DNA of 64,000 nt from a virus: the IMG/VR virus record IMGVR_UViG_3300023174_000063, one strand, 5' to 3'. Positions 21,447 through 30,194 of this stretch are shown in pieces. The notes below the pieces were generated by a model. The model had not been told where the DNA came from. It saw only the letters and a list, made by a program, of their open reading frames with translations, and searched no databases. The position numbers were made by a program, and so were the translations under genes. Positions within the stretch are counted from its first letter, which is position 1, and each line of letters begins with the position of its first letter.

Positions 21447-21544
21447 AATCTGAACCGCTTGTTCGGTGAGTTTTCTGACTAAAAAGTCAAAGTCGTATAG
21501 TTCTGTCATGTAGGGTTTTGTCAAACACTAACATAGGAGACTAT

Positions 21545-23605
21545 ATGTCATTTACAACAAAAATGAGACTCTCGCAGATGACCGGATCAATCGGTACAGG
21601 CGAAGGTCAGATTCGTGACGATCACAGCGCAGAAGTTTCTACAGCAATTGAGGCTGGTGATCTCGGCGTAATGCTAAGCCACATGGCTTCAGCAATTAAG
21701 CGCATCCACGGTGCAGACAGCTTCACAGAGGCTGCTGCCGGTAATTTCGAAATTGCTCTCTACGCACAGGACGCACTGTACGTCTCAGGCGCTGCTGAGT
21801 TTGCAGACAACATTCACGCTCTAATGAGCCTCGACGTTGATGGCGACATCACAGGCTCAAATTTGTCACTCTCGAGCAACCTCTCAGCCGTTGACGGCAC
21901 CTTCTCAGGTAACATCTCGGCCGTTGACGCCACCCTCTCGGGCGACCTCTCGGCTGTCAGCGGTACATTCTCAAGCAACATCTCGGCCGTCGGTGCAACA
22001 CTGTCGGCAGACCTTGCTGCTGTCAATGCCACACTTTCAGGCGACCTCTCGGCTGTCGACGGCACCTTCTCAGGTGACATCTCGGCAGTTGATGCGACCC
22101 TCTCGGGCGACCTCTCGGCTGTCAGTGGTACATTCTCAAGCAACATCTCGGCCGTTGGTGCAACACTGTCAGCTGATCTCTCAGCTGTCAATGCCACGCT
22201 TTCAGGCGATCTCTCGGCTGTCGACGGCACCTTCTCAGGTGACATCTCGGCAGTTGATGCGACCCTCTCGGGCGACCTCTCGGCTGTCAGTGGTACATTC
22301 TCAAGCAACATCTCGGCAGTTGGAGCAACATTGTCAGCAGACCTCGCTGCTGTCAATGCCACACTGTCAGGTGACCTCTCAGCCGTTGACGGCACCTTCT
22401 CAGGTGACATCTCGGCTGTTGACGCCACACTGTCGGGTGACCTCTCGGCTGTAAGCGGTACATTCTCAAGCAACATCTCGGCCGTCGGTGCAACACTGTC
22501 AGCTGATCTCTCAGCTGTCAATGCCACACTGTCAGGTGACCTCTCGGCAGTTGATGCGACCCTCTCGGGCGACCTCTCAGCCGTTGACGGTAACTTCTCA
22601 GGTGACGTTGTAATCACCGGTGATCTCACCGTCCAGGGAACAACTACAACACTCGACACACAGAACCTCCTCGTCGAGGATCCTATCGTTCTCTTCGGTT
22701 CGAATGCAGTTACATCGAACTCGAACGGCGGTATTGCAATCCTCTCGGGTTCTTCGGTCGCTGATCAGTCACTCGTCCTCGGCCGCGTTGCCAACGACGT
22801 GTGGGGTGTTGGTCGCAAGGACGTCGAGGGCGGCACAGTTACAACACTGGCCGACATGACACTCGTCGCTTTCCGCGCTGATAAGCTCGAGCTCGGCAGC
22901 GCTTCAGACTACATCCACGTCACAGGTTCGGACATGAACATCATCGCCGCTGGCGACATCATGATCGATCCTGCAGGTGGCGACGTCTTCTTCGACGCTC
23001 CTATCCAGCCCAAGTCCGGTGAGATTCACGATCTAGGTAAGGATGGCAATGCATGGCGCGACCTCTGGATGCGCTCCAGCGGAAAGTTGACATTCGGCGC
23101 CGGTGGTTCAAAGGGTGTTATCGAGCACGCCGTGCACGATGGCGCATTTGCAATCACAGTTCCCAGCGGCTCACTGGTCGCCGAGAACAAACTCTACGTT
23201 GAGAACATCATGGTCGCCAAGGACCAGGGTGCAGACCCTGCTTCACCCAACAGCGGCTACGGTGCATTCTACGTAAAGAATGACAAGCCTTACTTCAAGA
23301 ACGACGGCGGATCTGTTTGGGATCTAACAGCCGGTTCATCGTACTACAAGGCACAGCATGCTGTTACAGCTTCTGTTGCAGCCAACACATCTGTCGCCAT
23401 CGGCGCAGTCAATCACGACAATGCTGTTCCTGAGCACCTTGACGTTTACGTCAACGGTAACCTCCTGCTGTCGGGTGCACTCTCGGCTGGAAACGTTGCC
23501 TCTGGCGCTGACTACTCGATCGACGGACTCTCCGGCGCAGAATTCAAGTTCGCGTTCGGCCTCGAGCCCGGCGACGTCGTAGTCGTCAAGAAGATCGCTG
23601 TCTAA
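21545..23605 (+). CDS. Fibre-like structural protein with tandem 11-aa repeats
   Basis: Start placed at ATG 21545 (AGGAGA SD); post-repeat GDLTVQGTTTTLDTQNLLVEDPIV and C-terminal LDVYVNGNLL..DY..FKFAFGLEPGDVV are typical of phage fibre/baseplate-attached proteins. Confidence 0.75.
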   Translation: MSFTTKMRLSQMTGSIGTGEGQIRDDHSAEVSTAIEAGDLGVMLSHMASAIKRIHGADSFTEAAAGNFEIALYAQDALYVSGAAEFADNIHALMSLDVDGDITGSNLSLSSNLSAVDGTFSGNISAVDATLSGDLSAVSGTFSSNISAVGATLSADLAAVNATLSGDLSAVDGTFSGDISAVDATLSGDLSAVSGTFSSNISAVGATLSADLSAVNATLSGDLSAVDGTFSGDISAVDATLSGDLSAVSGTFSSNISAVGATLSADLAAVNATLSGDLSAVDGTFSGDISAVDATLSGDLSAVSGTFSSNISAVGATLSADLSAVNATLSGDLSAVDATLSGDLSAVDGNFSGDVVITGDLTVQGTTTTLDTQNLLVEDPIVLFGSNAVTSNSNGGIAILSGSSVADQSLVLGRVANDVWGVGRKDVEGGTVTTLADMTLVAFRADKLELGSASDYIHVTGSDMNIIAAGDIMIDPAGGDVFFDAPIQPKSGEIHDLGKDGNAWRDLWMRSSGKLTFGAGGSKGVIEHAVHDGAFAITVPSGSLVAENKLYVENIMVAKDQGADPASPNSGYGAFYVKNDKPYFKNDGGSVWDLTAGSSYYKAQHAVTASVAANTSVAIGAVNHDNAVPEHLDVYVNGNLLLSGALSAGNVASGADYSIDGLSGAEFKFAFGLEPGDVVVVKKIAV
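21881..22606 (+). repeat. Coding tandem repeat: 22 x 33 nt (11 aa), arranged as 4 x 165-nt super-repeats plus 2 units
   Basis: Unit cycle LSAVDGTFSGD / ISAVDATLSGD / LSAVSGTFSSN / ISAVGATLSAD / L[AS]AVNATLSGD. Confidence 0.95.
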
Positions 23606-23648
23606 TTTAATCTTAGACTATCGGCACTAACTTTTAGTTAGTGATTTG

Positions 23649-23687
23649 GCGCCCCGGAGATATTTACTCTCCGGGGCGTTTTATTTT
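23649..23687 (+). terminator. Strong Rho-independent terminator
   Basis: CGCCCCGGAGA-tatttac-TCTCCGGGGCG then TTTTATTTT. Confidence 0.9.
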
Positions 23688-23701
23688 GCACGGAGGGTTT
23701 T

Positions 23702-24232
23702 GTGAAAGAATTACATGAAGAGTTTGTTGAATTAGTTAAAACAACAGATGAGGAAGTCAAAAAGGCACAGTCGAAATCGTCGACACTCAATACACTTAGT
23801 GGACATATTGTCCCAAAGATTGAAGCACTAGTGACAAAAGTTCTTACTCTCGAAGACCTCAACAGCGGAATGTCAGATATTGTAGTTAGCTTGCTTCAAA
23901 TTAAAAAAGATATTGAAGTTGCCCAATATGCTGAACAGGTGCAGGTAGCATTTCGCTTAGGCCAGCAGTTAGTTGCTCAAGCAACTGCCAGCAAGACAGA
24001 AGAAATTTTAAAGGCAGAAGATGAGAAGCAGAGAACTGAAGAGTTAAAAGAGAAAATCTCTGCAGGAGAAGTAGATCCAGAAGCTCACAGGCGTCCTGGC
24101 CAGAGACCTGAATCGTTAAGAAATATTCGAAATGCACAAAAACTCATTGAGGAGTCAAAGTCATCTGAAGAAGTCTCTAATGAGAAGCCTAAAAAGTCTT
24201 CCGGCAAATTTAAGAAAAAGAGCAACACTTAA
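23702..24232 (+). CDS. Hypothetical coiled-coil protein
   Basis: GTG start with GGAGG SD; helical, basic tail. Confidence 0.75.
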   Translation: MKELHEEFVELVKTTDEEVKKAQSKSSTLNTLSGHIVPKIEALVTKVLTLEDLNSGMSDIVVSLLQIKKDIEVAQYAEQVQVAFRLGQQLVAQATASKTEEILKAEDEKQRTEELKEKISAGEVDPEAHRRPGQRPESLRNIRNAQKLIEESKSSEEVSNEKPKKSSGKFKKKSNT

Positions 24233-24238
24233 AAGATA

Positions 24239-24982
24239 ATGCTCAAGAGTCCAAACGATAAAGTTTTAGGCATCAGGCTTACTTCGCAAGCACGTAAGCT
24301 ACAGACTGCACAGCAAGACTTAGATGACCATCAACTTATCGCAGGGGTTTATGAGCAGGACTTTCAGAGGGTTATTAGGATTGCTGCAGGAAACATCAGA
24401 ACAAAACATGACCCTGAAGTACTCCAGAAAAATATTGAAGAAGCAAAAGCGAAGGCAGCAAGTGAAGAAAACCCTGAAGATCTAGATGACTCTGAGACTA
24501 ATCCAACGCTTAAAAATCTTCATCGACGCATTGCTCTCTTGACTCACCCAGACAGACTTGTTTCTGAGACTAGCGCTGCCGAAAAGGAGCGCAAAGAAGC
24601 ACTGTTTAAAAGGGCAGCTAAAGCGTATGATGATCAAGATCTTTGTGAGCTTGTCTTAATCGCATCTGAACTTAAAATTGCAGTCGAAGATTTCGTCGAT
24701 GCGCAGACTCTCATGATGGCATATGATGAAAAAATTAGCGCAATCCAGAAAAAAGTGAAGAACATTAAAGAGTCTTATGTTTGGATTTGGGGAGAGTCAC
24801 ACGGCAATCTAGACATGCGGGTGAGATTGCTTGACATTTACCTGCAGCAAACAGGGCATGCTAAAGTTGACGAACAAATTCTTCGAGATATTATCATGCA
24901 CCACGAAGAGCCGACAGATGTTAGAAATATTTCAGTTCGTCAACGTGAAGCAGGCACTAGACCAAAGAGACTTATCAGATAA
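24239..24982 (+). CDS. J-domain-containing protein (internal DnaJ domain)
   Basis: LKNLHRRIALLTHPDRL...KEALFKRAAKAY: HPD motif with flanking helices. Confidence 0.75.
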   Translation: MLKSPNDKVLGIRLTSQARKLQTAQQDLDDHQLIAGVYEQDFQRVIRIAAGNIRTKHDPEVLQKNIEEAKAKAASEENPEDLDDSETNPTLKNLHRRIALLTHPDRLVSETSAAEKERKEALFKRAAKAYDDQDLCELVLIASELKIAVEDFVDAQTLMMAYDEKISAIQKKVKNIKESYVWIWGESHGNLDMRVRLLDIYLQQTGHAKVDEQILRDIIMHHEEPTDVRNISVRQREAGTRPKRLIR

Positions 24983-24998
24983 ACAAAGATTTTTCTTT

Positions 24999-25027
24999 GT
25001 GTAAATTGTGCCTACGTTTGGTACAAT
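24999..25027 (+). promoter_or_regulatory. Promoter GTGTAA-N17-TACAAT upstream of the topoisomerase genes
   Basis: Recurrent motif with fixed 17-nt spacer; TGn extended -10. Confidence 0.7.
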
Positions 25028-25051
25028 TTAAGAGAAAGCAATGGAGGTCCT

Positions 25052-26950
25052 GTGAAGTCAATCGAGCAAAAGTATCAAAAGCTAGACGACATTAGCCACG
25101 TGCTCTTGCGCCCAGGCATGTACTGCGGTTCGACTAAGACTCGTGAGGAAGATGTTTTTCTCCTCAATGAAGATCGACATTTTGAAAAGCGTCAAGCAAA
25201 TGTTAATCCGGCATTCCTTAAGATCTTTGATGAGATCGTAAGTAATGCTGCAGATGAGCATCGGAGAGATGGATCAAAGCTTGATCGCATTGATGTAAAG
25301 GTCGAGCCTGAGACAGGCACCGTCACCGTCGAGGACAATGGCGGAATTCCTGTTGTAAAGCATGCCACTCACAACGAGTGGGTTCCTGAGATTATTTTCT
25401 CTAATCTCAAGGCAGGGTCTAATTTTGATGATTCTGAAGAGCGTTTGACTGCTGGCACAAATGGCGTTGGCGCAACACTTACTAACATTTTCTCTACTGA
25501 ATTCAAAGTAGAGACGTGTGACGGCAAAAATAAGTTCACGCAGGTCTTTACAAATAACATGCGTGATCGCACAGATCCTATTATTGAAAAGTTTCGCAAG
25601 GGTCACACGAGAATCACGTATAAACCTGACCTAGGACGCTTTGGCCTCTCATCGATTGACACCGATCATGTGCAGATGATGCGTAAGCGTTGCACGGATC
25701 TTGCAGCATGCAACCCAAAGCTTACTGTTTCATTTAATGACGAAGTCTTTAAGTTCACGACATTCTCAGAATATTGTAAGCTCTATTCTGATAAGGTCTT
25801 TAGCGAGACATCAGAACGCTGGTCAGTTGGAATTAGTAGCTCAAACGGCAGCATGCAGCAGGTATCATTCGTCAATGGAGTTGAGACCCGCGACGGCGGC
25901 ACACACGTAGACCTTATTGCTTCACAGATTGTCGAATTCGTCAGGAAGCGTCTTGAAAAGAAGCACAAGGTCAGTTTGCGACCGGCTGAGATTAAGAATC
26001 ACTTGTTTGTCTTTATCAGAGCAGACATTATTAATTCAGCGTTTAGCTCTCAGACAAAAGAGAAGCTTATCACGGACCCACGTGACTTTGGTTCTAAGCA
26101 TGAAGTCTCTGAGAAGACGCTGAAGGCACTGTTTGAGTCAGACATTATTCAGAATATCCTTGATTGGGCCCAGCAGAAAGCGTTAGCTGATGAGCGTAAG
26201 ATGCTTCGAGAGCTCAATAAGCAGGTTTCTCGAGAAAAGGTGCTTAAGCTTATTGACGCAAAGGGTCGCGATAGAGAGAAGTGTACGCTAGCTCTCTTCG
26301 AAGGTAATTCAGCAAGTTCGGCATTTAGAAAGTATCGTGACCCACAGATTCACGGAGCATTCCCGCTTCGTGGTAAATTCTTGAATGTCACTGAGATGCC
26401 TGCTGCAAAAATTATCCAGAATGCAGAGGTCAAAGATATTTTGACTGCGATGGGTCTTAAGATGGGTGAGTCTCCCACTGACCTTCGTTATGGCAAAATT
26501 CTCATCTATTCTGACGCAGATCCTGATGGTGATTCGATCGCAGGACTTCTTGTTAACTTTTTTGGTACCTTCTGGCCTGAGTTGCTTGAGCAGAAACGTC
26601 TACTTCGTGTAATCACTCCTCTAGTGGTTGCAAAGAAGGGAAAAACTGTCCTGTCTTTCTACACATCAAAAGAGCTTGAGGACTGGATGGCACAGCAGAA
26701 AGATCTAAACACATGGGATATTGCCTATAAGAAGGGTCTTGCAGCACTAGAAGATGATGAGTACTGCGAGATCATCCAGAATCCTAGGATGTTTGCTCTC
26801 ACATCAGGTTCTAATCTCAAGACTTCTCTGTATGCCTGGTTCGGCGGAGATCCTTCAATTAGAAAGAGAAAGATTTTAGGCCTCGAAGAAGACGATGCCA
26901 GTGCAAATGTCGTAGATGATGTGGTAGATTCTACCAGTATGTTCCAGTGA
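25052..26950 (+). CDS. Type IIA topoisomerase large subunit (T4 gp39+gp60-like)
   Basis: HVLLRPGMYCGS; FDEIVSNAAD; GTNGVGAT; EGNSA; PLRGKFLN; DADPDG; YKKGLAA. Confidence 0.95.
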   Translation: MKSIEQKYQKLDDISHVLLRPGMYCGSTKTREEDVFLLNEDRHFEKRQANVNPAFLKIFDEIVSNAADEHRRDGSKLDRIDVKVEPETGTVTVEDNGGIPVVKHATHNEWVPEIIFSNLKAGSNFDDSEERLTAGTNGVGATLTNIFSTEFKVETCDGKNKFTQVFTNNMRDRTDPIIEKFRKGHTRITYKPDLGRFGLSSIDTDHVQMMRKRCTDLAACNPKLTVSFNDEVFKFTTFSEYCKLYSDKVFSETSERWSVGISSSNGSMQQVSFVNGVETRDGGTHVDLIASQIVEFVRKRLEKKHKVSLRPAEIKNHLFVFIRADIINSAFSSQTKEKLITDPRDFGSKHEVSEKTLKALFESDIIQNILDWAQQKALADERKMLRELNKQVSREKVLKLIDAKGRDREKCTLALFEGNSASSAFRKYRDPQIHGAFPLRGKFLNVTEMPAAKIIQNAEVKDILTAMGLKMGESPTDLRYGKILIYSDADPDGDSIAGLLVNFFGTFWPELLEQKRLLRVITPLVVAKKGKTVLSFYTSKELEDWMAQQKDLNTWDIAYKKGLAALEDDEYCEIIQNPRMFALTSGSNLKTSLYAWFGGDPSIRKRKILGLEEDDASANVVDDVVDSTSMFQ

Positions 26951-26959
26951 GGTTTTAAG

Positions 26960-28330
26960 ATGTCGAGCAATAATCTTGCAGTTCGAACAGTCGATGACTT
27001 TTTTGACCATGAATTGCGTGATTACGCAAAGTATGTAGTCCGTCATCGTGCAATTCCAAGTGTAATTGATGGCTTTAAGCCATCGCAGCGGAAGATTGCA
27101 CACACTGCCAATACTGTCTGGAAGACAGGCAACGAAAAGCCCATGAAGGTTTTTCAGCTCGGCGGCCTGGCAGCATCACAGACAATGTTCCACCACGGCT
27201 CTCTGGATGGTACAATCATTGGGATGACACAAGAGTTTAAAAACTCAATGTCAATCTTTCAAGGCATTGGCCAGTTTGGCTCTCTTCGGTCTCCCGAGGC
27301 AGGTGCTCCTCGATACGTTGGTGTTAAGTTCAATGAGAATTTTAGACTCCTATACCAGGACTTCGATCTTGTTGAGAAGCAGACCGAAGAAGGCGTCGAA
27401 ATCGAGCCTAAGTTCTTTCTGCCTATCTTGCCCACAGTTCTTTTGAACGGCGGAAGTGGCATCGCTGTAGGCTTCGCGACTAACATCTTGAATAGACATC
27501 CTGTGCATCTTATTGATGCTTGTCTTGATACGTTGAATGGCAAGTCTTGTACTACCTTGAAGCCATGGATTAACGGCTATGTGGGAGATATTGATCTAGT
27601 TCCGGGGACCCAAAAATCTTGGGTGCTGCAGGGTAAGTTCGATGTTAAAAATACTTCCACTGTAGAGATCACAGAGCTTCCACCGTCTTGGACGTACGAG
27701 AAGTATGAAGTGCTGCTTGATGGACTAGTCAATAAGGGCTTGATCCACTCCTATGACGACCATTCAGCTACGACACCGCACTATGTCCTGAAGTTTAATA
27801 GGCTGAAGCTAGCAGAGCTTATTCAGAAGAATAAGCTTGCAGATCTCCTTAAGATGTCAGAGCGTGAGACCGAAAATTTTACGACACTCGATGAGTCGGG
27901 TGATCTTAAAATCTTTGATACCGCTGAAGGCATCGTCGATTATTTCGTAAATTTTCGTCTGAAGTACTACGATATTCGACGTAGCAAGCTCATTGAGAAG
28001 ATCAACTCAGAGCTGAAGGTCATCGATAACCGTTGCAAGTTTATCGATGCGATTCTCTCAGAAACACTTGTCATTAGCGGTCGAAAGAGGGCTGAGATCG
28101 AAGCAGATCTTGTGAAGCTGCAGATTGACAAGCACGAAGACAGCTACAATTATCTGCTAAACATGGCAATTCACAGCTTGACACAAGAGAAGGTTAAAGA
28201 GCTGGTTGCATCTAAGCTTAAGAAGCAGAAGGAACTCAAGCAGATTGAATCAACAACAGGAAAGAGAATGTATGTCGATGACCTCCAGGATCTTCGCGCC
28301 AAGCTCATCAAGCAAGGTTACACTCCCTGA
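26960..28330 (+). CDS. Type IIA topoisomerase medium subunit (T4 gp52-like)
   Basis: RAIPSVIDGFKPSQRK; FHHG; GQFGS; GAPRY catalytic Tyr; GIAVGFAT; EITELP. Confidence 0.95.
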   Translation: MSSNNLAVRTVDDFFDHELRDYAKYVVRHRAIPSVIDGFKPSQRKIAHTANTVWKTGNEKPMKVFQLGGLAASQTMFHHGSLDGTIIGMTQEFKNSMSIFQGIGQFGSLRSPEAGAPRYVGVKFNENFRLLYQDFDLVEKQTEEGVEIEPKFFLPILPTVLLNGGSGIAVGFATNILNRHPVHLIDACLDTLNGKSCTTLKPWINGYVGDIDLVPGTQKSWVLQGKFDVKNTSTVEITELPPSWTYEKYEVLLDGLVNKGLIHSYDDHSATTPHYVLKFNRLKLAELIQKNKLADLLKMSERETENFTTLDESGDLKIFDTAEGIVDYFVNFRLKYYDIRRSKLIEKINSELKVIDNRCKFIDAILSETLVISGRKRAEIEADLVKLQIDKHEDSYNYLLNMAIHSLTQEKVKELVASKLKKQKELKQIESTTGKRMYVDDLQDLRAKLIKQGYTP

Positions 28331-28760
28331 AAACTGGTCTCCTCCTAGATCTCCTATCGGACTCATACAAGAAGATCTCTGGCCAAATGAATGGAAGATT
28401 CTTGTAGCATGTCTGCTGCTCAACCTCACGACACGCAAGCAGGTTGATGGCGTCATCTATGAGCTATTTAAAAAATACCCCACTCCGGAGGCCCTGGGAG
28501 CTGCAGGAGACATCGAATTGGAGGAGATGATCAAACCATTGGGTATGCAGAAGAAACGCTCTGCGACACTGCGGCGGTTCTCTAATGAATATCTCCAAAA
28601 GTCATGGAAGACTGCATCTGATCTTCACGGGTGTGGCAAATACGCAAATGACTGCTGGCGGATTTTTTGTCTAGGTGAGTGGCGTAGTGTTCAACCTAGC
28701 GATCACGCTTTAAACAAGTATGTAGACTACCTTAAGAAAGGAGATTCAATCGATGCCTGA
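28272..28760 (+). CDS. MBD4-like HhH-GPD mismatch DNA glycosylase (stand-alone catalytic domain)
   Basis: WSPPRSPIGLIQEDLW..WKILVACLLLNLT; KYP; KPLG; LHGCGKYANDCWRIFC..EW..V.P.DHALNKY matches the MBD4 glycosylase domain as I recall it; start codon uncertain (28272 or 28278). Confidence 0.85.
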   Translation: MSMTSRIFAPSSSSKVTLPENWSPPRSPIGLIQEDLWPNEWKILVACLLLNLTTRKQVDGVIYELFKKYPTPEALGAAGDIELEEMIKPLGMQKKRSATLRRFSNEYLQKSWKTASDLHGCGKYANDCWRIFCLGEWRSVQPSDHALNKYVDYLKKGDSIDA

Positions 28761-29559
28761 GGGACCTGAGGTGCGACGCTTTGGCGACGACTTGGCAAGA
28801 GAAATTTCAGGAAAGACACTTGTCGATGTCAAAGTGCTTACTGGACGATATCTCAAGAAGCCAATTAACGGAATCGAAGATTTTAAGGCGAGACTACCAC
28901 TTTCAGTTGTAGGCACCGGTGTTCACGGTAAGTTCTTGTACTGGATTCTAGAAGATTGCAATTTTGTTTTTAATACATTGGGAATGACAGGGCACTGGTC
29001 CAAGACGCCGGGTAAACACTCTAGAGTGGAGTTTAAGTTCTCAAGCGGAGAAAGTGTATTCTTTGAAGACACACGAAATTTCGGCACAATCTCTCTAGAG
29101 CGAGGCAAGAATAAGTTCTACAAGAAAATAAACAGTCTCGGTCCTGACATGCTGGTAGAAGATGTAACAGACGACGTTTTTGTCGACAGGCTCCAGAAGC
29201 ATCCTGACTGGCAGATTACAAGTGCCCTCATGGACCAGTCAGTAATCGCAGGCGTTGGCAATTACGTTAAAGCTGAAGCACTATACAGGTCGAATATATC
29301 ACCTCTGCGTGCTGTCAGGTCAATTACGCGGCAAGAAGCAATTCTTCTGAATAAATCAATTAAAGACATTCTGAGAGAGAGCTACAATGCCGGAGGCACA
29401 ACGGTCAAAGATTATCGGCGAATGGATGGCTCTTTGGGCGTGTACACATTCGATCTTCGTGTTTATAATAAGAAATATGATCCGGCAGGTAATCCTGTTG
29501 TCAAAACATTAACAGAAGATAATAGAACCACGCACTGGGTCCCTAACACACAAAAGTGA
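28753..29559 (+). CDS. Fpg/Nei family DNA glycosylase/AP lyase (zincless finger)
   Basis: N-terminal MPEGPEV; HGK; LGMTG; DTRNFG; LGPD; LMDQ..IAGVGNYVKAEALY; C-terminal RTTHWVP..Q without Cys ligands. Confidence 0.92.
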   Translation: MPEGPEVRRFGDDLAREISGKTLVDVKVLTGRYLKKPINGIEDFKARLPLSVVGTGVHGKFLYWILEDCNFVFNTLGMTGHWSKTPGKHSRVEFKFSSGESVFFEDTRNFGTISLERGKNKFYKKINSLGPDMLVEDVTDDVFVDRLQKHPDWQITSALMDQSVIAGVGNYVKAEALYRSNISPLRAVRSITRQEAILLNKSIKDILRESYNAGGTTVKDYRRMDGSLGVYTFDLRVYNKKYDPAGNPVVKTLTEDNRTTHWVPNTQK

Positions 29560-29567
29560 GGCAGCAA

Positions 29568-29798
29568 ATGGATAACTTAAAGCTTTCGGATGACTCAATT
29601 TCTACTATTGCAAAGCTTTTGCAGATTGCAATTCTAACAGGAACTGACATCGTCGACAATCTTAGAATGGTGACATTCACTGTCAACGATGGAAAGCTTG
29701 TACCAACGCAGCAGTTTATAGACAATCTCAACGGCGGCATCAACTCGATGCTGGATAAAGTTGAGTCAATTAAGAGCGAAACAGAAACGGTCAACTGA
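29568..29798 (+). CDS. Small hypothetical protein
   Basis: MDNLKLSDDSISTIAKLLQIAILTGTDIVDNLR; start 29568 or 29556. Confidence 0.7.
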   Translation: MDNLKLSDDSISTIAKLLQIAILTGTDIVDNLRMVTFTVNDGKLVPTQQFIDNLNGGINSMLDKVESIKSETETVN

Positions 29799-29806
29799 GG
29801 TTAAAA

Positions 29807-30175
29807 ATGTCAGATCGATTTGACGAAATGTACGACCAGCAACGTGATTTCAACCAGCTACTGCATGAGCATCGTGGACAGCCTGCATTTCCACTAGATC
29901 TCAAGACAAAGCAGAACCAGCAGTATTTGAAGTCTCTCACACATGAGTGCATGCATGAGCTTTTTGAAGCAAATCTCCTGCTGAAAAACAGCAAGAAGCA
30001 TCGTGCAACAATCGTCGAAGATTTTGATCGTGAGTCCTACAAGGAAGAGCTCTGTGATGCACTGCATTACCTCCTGGGTATTGTCGTGTATTCTGGCATT
30101 TCTAAGGAAGAATTTTTCGAGGCCTACATGAAAAAAGGCCAGATCAATGTTGATCGTATCAAGAGCGGGTACTAA
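29807..30175 (+). CDS. All-alpha dimeric dUTPase/MazG-like nucleotide pyrophosphatase
   Basis: HELFEA...K.H...YKEELCDALHY..: ExxE/EExD metal-binding pattern. Confidence 0.8.
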   Translation: MSDRFDEMYDQQRDFNQLLHEHRGQPAFPLDLKTKQNQQYLKSLTHECMHELFEANLLLKNSKKHRATIVEDFDRESYKEELCDALHYLLGIVVYSGISKEEFFEAYMKKGQINVDRIKSGY

Positions 30176-30194
30176 ACCCTAAGGAGACCATCAA

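Noticed and set aside
21814-22659. 281-aa minus-strand and 205-aa alternative-frame repetitive ORFs; CRISPR-like periodicity
   Set aside because: By-products of the in-frame 33-nt coding repeat; there are no unique spacers, so it is not a CRISPR array
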